DNA of 64,000 nucleotides from a virus. Lineage: Duplodnaviria; Caudoviricetes. The notes below the pieces were generated by a model. That model was not told the DNA's origin and did no database searches. It saw only the letters and a program-made list of their open reading frames with translations. The stretch is taken from positions 1-64,000 of IMG/VR virus record IMGVR_UViG_2648501258_000001, one strand, 5' to 3'. Shown here piece by piece: positions 53,823-63,848 of this stretch. Positions within the stretch are counted from its first letter, which is position 1. Each line of letters begins with the position of its first letter. Both the position numbers and the translations under genes were made by a program.

Positions 53823-54554
53823 TTATGTGATTAGGTTGGAAAGGATGCCGCCTGATGATGGATCATTCAGATCGCCAGTACCAACTCCACCGGGGAATCC
53901 CTCTGTCGCGAATACGCGGTTAGATTGGAATTCACTATATGTATATTCAACACCAACTGTCTTTGGAAGTAGTGTTCCTGCACCAGCAAGATCAAAGAGA
54001 AGACCACGTTCAACTGATGACAGGATTTTACCGATGCCGATACGCACAGAGGCGTGTCCAAGCTCGGTGATTGTTACTTGAGAGGCACCAAACAAGAATT
54101 TGTATGCTTCGATAATATCTTCTGGACGGGATAGTGTCCTGTTCTTAATGATCTTCGCTTTGAGAATCAGTCGGTATTCTTCGTCACTCGGTGGACGGGC
54201 TCTCTGTGTTGGAGCCCCAATAGAGTACCAGGGGGCTCCCACGGATGGGTCCGTTAACGATCCAAAGCTGCCTGCGTTGGATGCACCGTCAAACCCGAAG
54301 TATGTGAAAATCTCCGCAGATACTAGCCCACGAGGACGTCCAACAATAATACCGATAACGTCCAACTGTGCCCCAACTGCTGTATCAATTGAGCGTAGAG
54401 TCATTACATCTTCCATCACAACTTGTAAATCCAACTTGCCCTGGAGCATAAGTTGGAGGTACTTGTCCATGATAGGCTTACCTTTAAACTGGTCTGTAAT
54501 ACGCGCTCTAGCTACATCTAAGAACGGCTCAACTACGAACTCGTTGACGGCCAT
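53823..54554 (-). CDS. baseplate wedge protein (DUF2612-like)
   Basis: IDTAVGAQLDVIG.IVG; YRLILKAKI. Confidence 0.8.
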   Translation of the reverse strand: MAVNEFVVEPFLDVARARITDQFKGKPIMDKYLQLMLQGKLDLQVVMEDVMTLRSIDTAVGAQLDVIGIIVGRPRGLVSAEIFTYFGFDGASNAGSFGSLTDPSVGAPWYSIGAPTQRARPPSDEEYRLILKAKIIKNRTLSRPEDIIEAYKFLFGASQVTITELGHASVRIGIGKILSSVERGLLFDLAGAGTLLPKTVGVEYTYSEFQSNRVFATEGFPGGVGTGDLNDPSSGGILSNLIT

Positions 54555-54569
54555 GTGGTGTCTCCTATA

Positions 54570-56024
54570 TTATGATTGTGTCACAATAACATTTGCTGGG
54601 AGGAAGGTAGCAACTTGATCAAACCCAATGGTGATGTTTGTCATGCCAGTTGGAGATGGCGATGTGCCAATTGTCAAACTATTTACCATGTGCCCCGGTA
54701 CTGCGTTAATTGGAGTGTAGAAACGAGAGTAGATAACATCGTCTCCAATGAAGCATGTGCTGTCTCCGTAATCCACGACATTCTGTCTGATAGTTGCAGG
54801 AGCATCACCAGCTAGCTCGCCAGTACTTGAAATGTCAATTGTGATGTAGATTGGAACCTCTGTTGGCCGCTTGTACGAGATAGGGTGGACGAACCCTAGG
54901 CTGTCCACAATTTGCACAGTTGTGTCTCCAGTAGAGGAAATTCCTGTAGGCTTGTTTGTCCAGATAGCGTTTCCAATATCTGTAGGCAGCCCGCCCAATA
55001 CGATAGGCATGAAACTCTTCGGAGGCACACCTTGTAGGTTAACTACGTCCGTGTCGTTCTCATATACCTTAACGTCTGTAACGCCTGCAACGTTCGTTAG
55101 GGCATCAATTAGGGATTCGAGGATGTTGGCAGACTGTACAAACTTGCTGTTACGGAATCGTTCTCGAAGCTCAGTATCTGTCTCTTGCAATCTACCAGTC
55201 GTGGCAGCTACTGGGTTGATAATGCTATCCCAGCCTGCGATAGGAACAGAGATTGTGTCAATAGACATAACAGGCTGTTCGAATGGGCCTACGATATCAT
55301 CTTGGGCGATGCCCAGCTTGATGACCTTCTGGATAGCAAGATTCACAGATACTTCGAAAGTAACAATCTGGAAAGGATCAGTACGTGATACGAATAGTCT
55401 ACCATCTTGATAGTAAGTTGTAAAGGCCCCAGCGAATAAAGAATCAATTTCAGCCTTCAATTGTGCTAGGATACTTTGTCCTGTAGCTCCGGCGCCAGAA
55501 GTGACCTGTGCTTCTACGAAGTTAACACCATCTGATGAGTATTTAAACACGTACACTGTGCTAGGTTGGACGTTAACAACATCAATGCCAACGCCCGATG
55601 CGTTCTGTGGACTTAGGACTACAGGATTGAGGATAGAGAACACACGCTGTGTAGTCGAGCTGTAGGCTTTTCCAAGTGGAGAGCTGATGACTGTATTGAT
55701 AGTGCCTTCCAGTAGTACCTGCGCTCTTGTAGGCATCGCCACAAGACGATTAATGCCCGACAGGGCGATGATATTATCCAGAGCCACACCAACTGCTGTG
55801 TTAGGGTTGAAGCTGTTGTAGATTTGTTGCAGTGCTTCCCACAGAGATGCCTCTGATGGAGCCATGACCCCGATCATACGACCAAGGGCAGAGTTGTCAC
55901 TGACGTCTACAATGTCGCCAGCAGGTACAAGGTCAGCAAAGATATCTGCTGCACGAGTACGGCTGTCATTGAGAACGTCGTCAATTGTTTTGATTTCCAG
56001 TCCTGTGTATGAAAGGCCCGCCAT
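54570..56024 (-). CDS. baseplate J-like wedge protein
   Basis: G..LD, ETD.ELR.R, VYEN motifs. Confidence 0.85.
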   Translation of the reverse strand: MAGLSYTGLEIKTIDDVLNDSRTRAADIFADLVPAGDIVDVSDNSALGRMIGVMAPSEASLWEALQQIYNSFNPNTAVGVALDNIIALSGINRLVAMPTRAQVLLEGTINTVISSPLGKAYSSTTQRVFSILNPVVLSPQNASGVGIDVVNVQPSTVYVFKYSSDGVNFVEAQVTSGAGATGQSILAQLKAEIDSLFAGAFTTYYQDGRLFVSRTDPFQIVTFEVSVNLAIQKVIKLGIAQDDIVGPFEQPVMSIDTISVPIAGWDSIINPVAATTGRLQETDTELRERFRNSKFVQSANILESLIDALTNVAGVTDVKVYENDTDVVNLQGVPPKSFMPIVLGGLPTDIGNAIWTNKPTGISSTGDTTVQIVDSLGFVHPISYKRPTEVPIYITIDISSTGELAGDAPATIRQNVVDYGDSTCFIGDDVIYSRFYTPINAVPGHMVNSLTIGTSPSPTGMTNITIGFDQVATFLPANVIVTQS

Positions 56025-56025
56025 G

Positions 56026-56394
56026 TTAAACTCCTACTTCGATTGTAATTGGAAGCGATGCTGTGTTATCTGCAACTCTCACTTGGAAAGTCATACTGTA
56101 CCCACGACCGCTAGATGAAATGGTAGATTCGAATGTTAAGATTTCGATAACATCCGGGTCAGCAGAAATAATCCGTTGGAAGATCAGATCGACTGTTGCT
56201 TTACTTCGAATCTTACCGAAGATTTGTTGGAAGTATGGAACTCCGATTGTAGTATCAAGGAACCATTCCCCCAGGAATGTATAGAGTGTGACCTTTAAAC
56301 GTTGAACAACAATATCCGTCAGTAATTGAGTTACTGGGCATTTACCGTTGACGAACACAAGATCATTTGTGTCTGTATTTAGTAGCAAATCCAT
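56026..56394 (-). CDS. baseplate wedge / sheath initiator
   Basis: LGEWFLDTTIGVPY. Confidence 0.75.
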   Translation of the reverse strand: MDLLLNTDTNDLVFVNGKCPVTQLLTDIVVQRLKVTLYTFLGEWFLDTTIGVPYFQQIFGKIRSKATVDLIFQRIISADPDVIEILTFESTISSSGRGYSMTFQVRVADNTASLPITIEVGV

Positions 56395-56403
56395 CTTGTA
56401 TCC

Positions 56404-57165
56404 TTACCCAGCAACTGGGCCAGAAGTACCACTGCCCGGAGTAACTCCAGAGTGGACGTGAGTATCAAACAAGACGCCATTGAATCTAGCTTGTCCTGTG
56501 CCTGTATAGTTCCCAGTGTGGATCACATTGCCTGTCCAGTTGGTAGTAGATGCGTTCACATTTAGAACTGGAGTGTTGATTGTGTAGGACTCAGTGGCGT
56601 TCATCTCACCAGTCTTACAGTTCACAATCGTCTTACCTTCTGTGTTGATAATCAGATCGCCATTCTGCTTCAACTGGATCATAACTTCTGTCCCAGAAGC
56701 GATATTATGTGCGATAACCAGATCAGTCTTAGGGTTGTGGGGATATTTACGGATGCCTGGACGATTCACACTCTTCGAGAATGGAACCAACCCAGGAATG
56801 GCCACAGCATCTTGATCAGAGAACTTACGATAGTCGTTAGGGACTGTAGGTTGCCCGTTACCAATCTTGAAATTATCCATAGAGCGCTGGGAGAAGATAC
56901 ACATTACCGTGTCTCCTACGCTCACTGGGAAGCTCACAAGGCTATTGGCTGATCCAGGCAGAAGCACAGGAACCCCTAGAATCTGAGTATGCTCATCGCT
57001 GCTGCCATCTTTATATAAGGTGTTGATGCTCGGTTGCACATCAACTCGTTGTGAATCAAAGGAGCCAACTACGTTAGTCACAATGCATGGGAGGGCTGTG
57101 TAAACCTCTGCCATGTTGATTTGGAATTGTGTCTGAATGTAGTCGCTCAAGAGAGCTTCCATCAT
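56404..57165 (-). CDS. baseplate central spike (Gp138-like)
   Basis: VDVQP, GD.V..IF.QRS, C-terminal H.H. Confidence 0.85.
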   Translation of the reverse strand: MMEALLSDYIQTQFQINMAEVYTALPCIVTNVVGSFDSQRVDVQPSINTLYKDGSSDEHTQILGVPVLLPGSANSLVSFPVSVGDTVMCIFSQRSMDNFKIGNGQPTVPNDYRKFSDQDAVAIPGLVPFSKSVNRPGIRKYPHNPKTDLVIAHNIASGTEVMIQLKQNGDLIINTEGKTIVNCKTGEMNATESYTINTPVLNVNASTTNWTGNVIHTGNYTGTGQARFNGVLFDTHVHSGVTPGSGTSGPVAG

Positions 57166-58082
57166 AGTAAATCTTGTGCCTCCACTTCGGATGTGAAACA
57201 TTCTACATACCAATCATTACCACGGAAATCTCCAGAGAATCTTGTGGAATTGATACGGTAGTACCCGGTGATAAAGTCTGACTCTAGTCTGACAATACGC
57301 CCTGGAACACACTCTGTGTTCAACAGTGCCTTGAACTGGACACCTCGACGGCGCTTCTTGTCTCCCTTCATCTTGCGTCCCTGTTCAGTTGTATGGAAGG
57401 GACTATCAATCATCCCCGTTTGTTCGCTGATTACAGGAGCCAGTACTGTGTCTTTTGTGTACAGTCCGTTTTCGTCTGATACGTTAAGAACACCACCTGA
57501 TACTGAATACTCCATGTTATGAGCTTCGCAGAGCTTGCGTAGCATCTGTGCAGGAGAGCCATTAAGAGTCCATCCGAACACAATGGGGTTGTTCAGGTTA
57601 GTACCAACGTATGCACCACGAGCTACACTTGGCATCTGTTTACGAATTTCTTCAATAACAGATTCAACTGTGGAGCCAGGGGATACCAGACTCTTCAATT
57701 TCTCGTGATTAAGATCAGAGTAGCCTTCACCCATTCTCACCTGTGTGATGAACTCGGTTCCACGCTTAACTGTTTTAACTTCAACAACATTCCCCTCAGC
57801 AACTACTCTAGCACCATCATCCTCGTATCCGACAGAGAATGTGCATTGTAAGTATTCACCTTGAAGAAGCTCGATACTGGAACGAGACAGGTTGTAGATT
57901 TCGATTGTGGCTGAATTGCCGTTGGTACGTTTAGCGTCTGCTGTCTTTGAAATATCGAAAGTGATTTGAAGTCCTGTGTTTACGGCTCCATTAGCATCTG
58001 GAATACCGCCAGTAATTCGAATTCCGTTACCAGTCTTGTAGTCTCCAACAATCAAGTCGTACACTCTGTTTCGCTGTGTCAT
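57162..58082 (-). CDS. baseplate hub protein
   Basis: I.FDI.K..IYNLS; position in tail module. Confidence 0.75.
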   Translation of the reverse strand: MTQRNRVYDLIVGDYKTGNGIRITGGIPDANGAVNTGLQITFDISKTADAKRTNGNSATIEIYNLSRSSIELLQGEYLQCTFSVGYEDDGARVVAEGNVVEVKTVKRGTEFITQVRMGEGYSDLNHEKLKSLVSPGSTVESVIEEIRKQMPSVARGAYVGTNLNNPIVFGWTLNGSPAQMLRKLCEAHNMEYSVSGGVLNVSDENGLYTKDTVLAPVISEQTGMIDSPFHTTEQGRKMKGDKKRRRGVQFKALLNTECVPGRIVRLESDFITGYYRINSTRFSGDFRGNDWYVECFTSEVEAQDLL

Positions 58083-58427
58083 TTAAACCTCCGAGATATA
58101 GACGTAAAAGAGTTTAAAAAACTCCGGCACGACACTGGAGTTCTCTGTGATTTGTGAATCAATGGCAGAGTTAACTGGCATCAATAGGAAGTAGCCAGAG
58201 AGTCCCTGCTCTTCGATGTTATAGTCAACCAGCATGGGATACTGGGCTACCATTGCGACACCAAGGACAAGCGGAGTCTGATCTTCGCGTCTAATGTCCA
58301 TGTGCCACTGAGCAGCTCTGCCATTCCAGTAGAATGTAAATTGCCACGACACACCTTCCAGGGAAATACCGTAGCGATACTTCTCATCAGTGTACAGTGG
58401 CATTTCAACGTATACAGTATTGGTCAT
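58083..58427 (-). CDS. baseplate/virion structural protein
   Basis: F.FYWN.R...W.MDI; position in tail module. Confidence 0.7.
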   Translation of the reverse strand: MTNTVYVEMPLYTDEKYRYGISLEGVSWQFTFYWNGRAAQWHMDIRREDQTPLVLGVAMVAQYPMLVDYNIEEQGLSGYFLLMPVNSAIDSQITENSSVVPEFFKLFYVYISEV

Positions 58428-59218
58428 TGTGAAGCTCCTGCATCATCTGCAATTTTCGCAGCGCTGGACTTCTTAGCATTAGCCGTTGGTTGACTAGCTG
58501 CATCATCTCCAGGCTTAGTTTCTGTCTTTGTCGTAGTCCCAGTCTTACGTCCCTTGTTAGGAGTCGTTCTAATCTTAATCGCAACATTCTCTACGTCTGT
58601 GTAAGTTGCTTGCTCCATTTGAATACTAGGGAACAATCCTAGCCCGCTATCTGCATCTTCTGCGAAAGACAGAGAAGTCATGGAGATGTTGGACCAAGAG
58701 CGGGCAATTAGATTACCGTTATACTCTACGAGAGTGAAAGACTCTTTCTTCTCGTACATGTCGATTAGATCGAATCGTACAGCTTGAGCTGTCTTGACCT
58801 TAGTCTGTGCTGTTACAATTACAGTAGGGATAGTGCTGGCTGTAAACTGAGCTACAACCTCTGGTAAGAAGCTACGCCACTTAGCGCCTTCACTTACAAT
58901 CTTCACTGGCACCGTAGTCTCTGTGTCGTTTGTAAACTGCTTCCGCGACCCAGTTGGAAATGTCACTGTCTCTTGTTTCAGGCCAATCGTATCAAGAGTT
59001 GTACTGTAACTTCTATCTGGTCTACTATAATTGAAGTCTGCGTCTGACAAGATCGCCTTTAAACTAAACTTCTTGTTATCTGTTGTAGTGTGATCCGAGA
59101 TGTATGATCCACTAGACAACGGGTGCTTTGTGATTTGGGCGGTGTACGTTTCCTCGATATTCGTAATAGCATCGAAGTAAAGCACATCGCCGTTTGCACG
59201 GCGAATAGCGTAAGTCAT
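58424..59218 (-). CDS. Dit-like / tail tube initiator protein
   Basis: ITKHP..SG..ISDH; follows the tape measure gene. Confidence 0.7.
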   Translation of the reverse strand: MTYAIRRANGDVLYFDAITNIEETYTAQITKHPLSSGSYISDHTTTDNKKFSLKAILSDADFNYSRPDRSYSTTLDTIGLKQETVTFPTGSRKQFTNDTETTVPVKIVSEGAKWRSFLPEVVAQFTASTIPTVIVTAQTKVKTAQAVRFDLIDMYEKKESFTLVEYNGNLIARSWSNISMTSLSFAEDADSGLGLFPSIQMEQATYTDVENVAIKIRTTPNKGRKTGTTTKTETKPGDDAASQPTANAKKSSAAKIADDAGASQ

Positions 59219-61563
59219 TACTTAGACTCCTTGGTGTTAATCATTGCGTCTCGTAGAACATCTTTGAAAGCGTCCTTAACCATCCCAGGCATAAGAGCAA
59301 TATTGTCTGCTGTGATACTTCCACCGCCTCCACCGCCAATTGTAACTGGCATGTTGACTTCGATTGGTGGCAGCTTCATACCATCTGCTGTCATGAATGT
59401 CTGTTTAAGTTCTTCTAGTTTTTCAAGAAGCCCTGCACTATCGAAAGATTGTCTTTGAACGTCTGCTTGATTTGGAATAGATGCCATAGACTCTGCTGTA
59501 TACTTCTGAGTCAGTTGAGCATTAACCCAATCTGGTCCCATCACAGTAGCCAACATGTTACGTGCGTTAGCTTCGACAGTAGTACCAGAGTTGTTTGTCT
59601 GCTTAGCATACTGTCCAGCAGCAACGAAACGATCCACAGATGAGTTGAATAGCGCCATGAGAGCTGTCAGCTCTTTCATCGTTGCTACCAGCATTTCAGG
59701 GAAGCTAAGCCCATCAAGTCCACCTGCCAACTCTAGAGTCTGGTCAAGTGCAAACTTCATGTTATCCCCGAACGTCTTGGCCTGTGCTGCTAGCTCTGTT
59801 AGAGCTTGTGTTGCAGCGGGAGAAGAAGCCAACCAACGTCCAAACAGGCTGTCTCCACCTTCGGCGTATGTGATCAGATCATCTAGAGCTAGGACGATTA
59901 AACCAATAGCGGATGCAACACCTCCGAATGGAAGCATTACCAATCCAGCTGTTACACCAAGAGCGGCAAGCTGTCCACCAGTGAGCCCAAACAAAGCAGC
60001 AATCTGTGGTAGCATCCCGAGGACAGTACCACCAACATTAATGAAAGCATTAACTGGTTCAATCAGCAAGTTGAACGCTTCACCTAGAGCTTTAACTCCC
60101 GGCTCGGCATCCTTCATACCGTCAGCCATTGCCTTGAAGAACTTACCCATACCCTTGTCAAACCCAGCAGCAGAGAACACTCCAACTGCATCAGAGAATG
60201 CGTTATTCATACGAGCTTGTTGTGCAGCTGTAGACTCCATAGACTTCTCAAGCGCTCCACCTGATCTTGCACGTTCTGCAAGAATCTTAGCGAACTTCTC
60301 AAGTACGGCTGTAGATTTGACTGTGCCATTTTTCATGGCGTCCATCAACTTAGCTACACCTTTCTCATCTGTACCGAACCCAGCAGCTTCTGCCATTGCT
60401 GACATTGCTCCAGGCATACGTTCCGCCAACTGCCCTTTCAGTTCTTCGGACATTACTTGGCCCTTGTTCATCATCTGTTCGATAGCTCGCATAGAGCCCT
60501 TCATAGATTCAGAATCAAGTCCCATTGTACGTCCATACTCTGAAACACCTTGGAAGATGTTTTGAACAGACTCAGTGGACATTCCAGAAGTTTGTCCAGA
60601 AGCTAGCATCTTGTTGTAAGATGGCGCTACTTGGCGATAGTCCATACCAATTGTATTGGAAAGATTCTTAACCCAAGCACTCTGTTCTTGCCCTGCTGAC
60701 TCGCTTCCCATCACAGCTGTCATCGCAAGCTGTTGTGCCTGCATTTGCTGGTTGATCTTGTTGAGTTGGCTAAATGCAAAAGCTGCTCCTAGTCCCGGAA
60801 TAGCTCCACGCATGAAGCCCATACCAGCACCAGCGATACCGCCGCCTAGGGCACCCTCTCTGGTCGTTCTAGTACGTGACCCGCCACTACCCCCTGTGCT
60901 GCTCACTCGCGTGCGTACAGTGAACTCGTGCTGGCTAATAGCTGCTCTGATCTGGGCTCTGAGGGCGGCTTGGTCTACATGAAGTTTCAGCTTAGGGTCT
61001 TTTAGGTCGATGGTCATTGCACCGATCTTACCCTTAGCTGCCATCAAGCTCTTACGGACATTTGAAATGAACTTGGCTTGACTGATATCAGCATCAATCT
61101 TTAATTTGTATTTAGACTCAGTACCTGTTTTCCAAGTGCGGAGCTGTTTCTCTGCTTCTTTCAAACTGATAGTGACAGGAAGTTTTACTTGCATCTGTCC
61201 AAGCAGTGTGCGAATGAATCTCTTCTGAGCTACAAGATCAGCAACATCCACTTTGATATTATTCAAACGGATGGGAGTCTTATCTAGTCTATCGCAGATT
61301 TTCTTCGACACGACCATCAGAGCTTCTTCGCTAACGTTGAAGTTTCTGAAAGTGATCTTAGCGTTAGTAGCCTTTTCTAGTTGGGCACGGAGCGTTCTTG
61401 AGTCGAGGCTTACCTTGATGTTGAATTTCTTATTGGCTGCTGTTCCAAACTGTTGCAGCATTCCAGTGACTTTTTCTAGCCTTTTCTCAAAGGCTGCAAG
61501 AGGTCGAGCGTCTACGTTAAACTTCAACGTGCCCGTTAGTCTTGCAATTTCTTCTTGGATCAT
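59218..61563 (-). CDS. tape measure protein
   Basis: QMM.KGQV.SEEL..QLAER.PG motif; Ala/Gly-rich. Confidence 0.9.
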   Translation of the reverse strand: MIQEEIARLTGTLKFNVDARPLAAFEKRLEKVTGMLQQFGTAANKKFNIKVSLDSRTLRAQLEKATNAKITFRNFNVSEEALMVVSKKICDRLDKTPIRLNNIKVDVADLVAQKRFIRTLLGQMQVKLPVTISLKEAEKQLRTWKTGTESKYKLKIDADISQAKFISNVRKSLMAAKGKIGAMTIDLKDPKLKLHVDQAALRAQIRAAISQHEFTVRTRVSSTGGSGGSRTRTTREGALGGGIAGAGMGFMRGAIPGLGAAFAFSQLNKINQQMQAQQLAMTAVMGSESAGQEQSAWVKNLSNTIGMDYRQVAPSYNKMLASGQTSGMSTESVQNIFQGVSEYGRTMGLDSESMKGSMRAIEQMMNKGQVMSEELKGQLAERMPGAMSAMAEAAGFGTDEKGVAKLMDAMKNGTVKSTAVLEKFAKILAERARSGGALEKSMESTAAQQARMNNAFSDAVGVFSAAGFDKGMGKFFKAMADGMKDAEPGVKALGEAFNLLIEPVNAFINVGGTVLGMLPQIAALFGLTGGQLAALGVTAGLVMLPFGGVASAIGLIVLALDDLITYAEGGDSLFGRWLASSPAATQALTELAAQAKTFGDNMKFALDQTLELAGGLDGLSFPEMLVATMKELTALMALFNSSVDRFVAAGQYAKQTNNSGTTVEANARNMLATVMGPDWVNAQLTQKYTAESMASIPNQADVQRQSFDSAGLLEKLEELKQTFMTADGMKLPPIEVNMPVTIGGGGGGSITADNIALMPGMVKDAFKDVLRDAMINTKESK

Positions 61564-61581
61564 CTGATGAGCCTCGCTTGA

Positions 61582-61851
61582 TTATTTCTGTGCCGCTCTA
61601 TCCTGTTCTGCTTTGATGCGAGCTAGTTCATCAAACTCCATCTTAACTTCAAGGATTTCAAGCATGTTGTGTAGGTCTTCTACGTTGCAAACTGTATCAA
61701 GCTCTACATATGTAGCCATAGGATTATCCGCAGTTAGGACAAGGTAGATTTCCCAGTCTTGCCCGAACCGCTCCTGTAGCTTCTGTACGCGAGGGTGAAC
61801 AGCTTGGGGTTCCCCGCTACTTACACGGCGGAACCGAGTAGAGTAAAAACC
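61582..61851 (-). CDS. tail assembly chaperone -1 frameshift extension (lambda gpGT-like)
   Basis: -1 frame is open from G GTT TTT (61851-61845) to TAA at 61582. Confidence 0.65.
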   Translation of the reverse strand, partial: GFYSTRFRRVSSGEPQAVHPRVQKLQERFGQDWEIYLVLTADNPMATYVELDTVCNVEDLHNMLEILEVKMEFDELARIKAEQDRAAQK

Positions 61852-62183
61852 GAACCGAAGTTGAATTCGATTACCTCCCGAACCAACAGGAACAATTTGT
61901 CGTACTCACCAGCAAACTCCATGTCGAAGTTAATGCCAACAGAACCCTTAGAGCATGTAGATACTAGTTCAACAATCAACTGCTCAACGCCTTGGTCTAG
62001 GTTCTCGAACAGAGCATTCATTGCATTGCCGATCTTGTCTTGACCATCACCTTGCATTTGAACAAGGGCTGGACCAAGAATCTTCGTCAGTTGTTTTAGG
62101 ACACGTGTGCCACGCATGGCAGGGAAGTGTGTGATCAGGTATTCAGTACCCAAGATAGTAACTTGCTTTTGGCCGATTGCCAT
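61821..62183 (-). CDS. tail assembly chaperone
   Basis: lies between tube and tape measure genes; ends EFNFGSVF. Confidence 0.75.
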   Translation of the reverse strand: MAIGQKQVTILGTEYLITHFPAMRGTRVLKQLTKILGPALVQMQGDGQDKIGNAMNALFENLDQGVEQLIVELVSTCSKGSVGINFDMEFAGEYDKLFLLVREVIEFNFGSVFTLLGSAV

Positions 62184-62198
62184 AATTTGTTTCTCCTA

Positions 62199-62711
62199 TT
62201 AGAACGAGTTGATGAACTCCGACCCTTTCCCAGAGATGTAGTCAATAGCGCCATTAGCAGAATCGAACAGGTCAAATCCTTGTCTAGCGTTACCACCAAC
62301 ACCACCGTCAATAAAGTCGAGGCATTCGATTTCCCACTTATATGTTCCCAGTTCCCCGGACAATCCAATATCAGGATATGCACCAAGGAAGCACTCTGTA
62401 GATTGATAGAAGGTTGTACCACTCTTATCGTTCACAGAGAATTCAAGTCGTGCAGATTGATTACGTCTATCTTGCACTAGCGTTGAGGTAAAGATATCGT
62501 TTGTGATTGAAGTTTGTAGAACTTCTACAGTCACAGTTGCATAGAGGTCGGGGTTGAATACACGAGTGTGTTTCCCACGGATGCCACGGCGGACTGTGAA
62601 AGGGCGAGCGCCCTTCCATTGAAGAGTAACGGATACGATACCCGTAAGAATATAACCGCAAAGGATGAGTTTAACATCCGAAGGGCTGTACGTCAAGACG
62701 TCAGAAGCCAT
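62199..62711 (-). CDS. tail tube-like paralogue 3
   Basis: TYSPSDV...LQTS..N. Confidence 0.7.
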   Translation of the reverse strand: MASDVLTYSPSDVKLILCGYILTGIVSVTLQWKGARPFTVRRGIRGKHTRVFNPDLYATVTVEVLQTSITNDIFTSTLVQDRRNQSARLEFSVNDKSGTTFYQSTECFLGAYPDIGLSGELGTYKWEIECLDFIDGGVGGNARQGFDLFDSANGAIDYISGKGSEFINSF

Positions 62712-62721
62712 TTATTTCTCC

Positions 62722-63225
62722 TTAGAAAACGCCGAACTGTTTGAGAATCGGCAGGGTTGCACTACTGATCAACAGTGCGTCTTCGATCAGGCTTGTATCT
62801 TCGTTGCCACCGATTGCCAAGATCACGTCAGAGCATCCAAACACCCATGTACGTTCTCCCATATCAGTGCCAAATGTAATCTCTGGAATCTGCTCAATCC
62901 AAGCTGTTCCAGCGAGGAATGTAGTCTGTCCACGTCCATCTTTAATGAACAGAGGGAATTTACCCATCTTTGTAACTGTATCCACATTGTGGATCATGTG
63001 TAGGACGTTGTTGCTCGAAGATGATTGCATCAACGTCAGTTCAACTTTGTATCCTGCATCGTCAAAGTACATACGGGCTTGCTCACCATCCATAGCTCTT
63101 ACTTTGCTGAACGGTTTCAAGTCTTTTGTGATTCGAACGAAAGTTCCATCAATGTACCCAGATACAGAATGCATTCCTGCAATTGTTACTGTTACATCAG
63201 ATGGAGAGTATGTCGAGAGTCCCAT
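62722..63225 (-). CDS. tail tube-like paralogue 2
   Basis: TYSPSDV...LMQSS.SN..L. Confidence 0.7.
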   Translation of the reverse strand: MGLSTYSPSDVTVTIAGMHSVSGYIDGTFVRITKDLKPFSKVRAMDGEQARMYFDDAGYKVELTLMQSSSSNNVLHMIHNVDTVTKMGKFPLFIKDGRGQTTFLAGTAWIEQIPEITFGTDMGERTWVFGCSDVILAIGGNEDTSLIEDALLISSATLPILKQFGVF

Positions 63226-63249
63226 GTGATTTCTCCTACAGTAGAAATG

Positions 63250-63283
63250 AAAAAGGGGCCGCCATCGTTAGATGGAAGCCCCA
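63250..63283 (-). terminator. intrinsic terminator after the major tube gene
   Basis: GGGGC..CCATC/GATGG..GCCCC followed by TTTTT. Confidence 0.6.
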
Positions 63284-63289
63284 GCGATG

Positions 63290-63817
63290 TTATCCAACCC
63301 ACTTAGCGTCGATTGATCTACCCAGTACCGTAATAACGTCTTGGTCTTCTGGTGAGAGAACCGCGTTACCACCGATGTAGGTGTCAAGGTTGTGAGCGTG
63401 CAATACCCAGTCACGTGTCTGCATCGAGTTAGCGAATGCAGAGTTTGGAACTACTCCAACATAAGCATCATCACTAAAGAATCGGCTACGTCCAGAGGCG
63501 TCAGAGATTTGCAGAGCAAACAAACCAGAGCTGTTACGGCTAGCCGCGTCGTTTGCATACAGCAAAGACAGGATATCGTTAGAGGCAGAAGTTTGTTGCA
63601 AGCTCAGAGTGATTGTTGCACTCTTATTTGCGTTGTAAATTCGAGTAGATGTATTGTCTGCACCAGTGTACATGGTGAATGTTTCAGCAACACGTTCAAT
63701 GTTGACAATACTATCTTCGCTATATCCACTCACAATGTGAGCAATACCCGAAGAGCGTTGAGTGATAACGACGTTCACGTCATTTGGAGCGAACGTTGCT
63801 AGACGTTGAGTAGCCAT
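63290..63817 (-). CDS. tail tube protein (DUF3277-like)
   Basis: TFAP.DV, GAD, LQQTS.SN..L; directly after the sheath gene. Confidence 0.8.
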   Translation of the reverse strand: MATQRLATFAPNDVNVVITQRSSGIAHIVSGYSEDSIVNIERVAETFTMYTGADNTSTRIYNANKSATITLSLQQTSASNDILSLLYANDAASRNSSGLFALQISDASGRSRFFSDDAYVGVVPNSAFANSMQTRDWVLHAHNLDTYIGGNAVLSPEDQDVITVLGRSIDAKWVG

Positions 63818-63848
63818 TGATTATCTCCTAGTTGGGGATGTAACCGTA

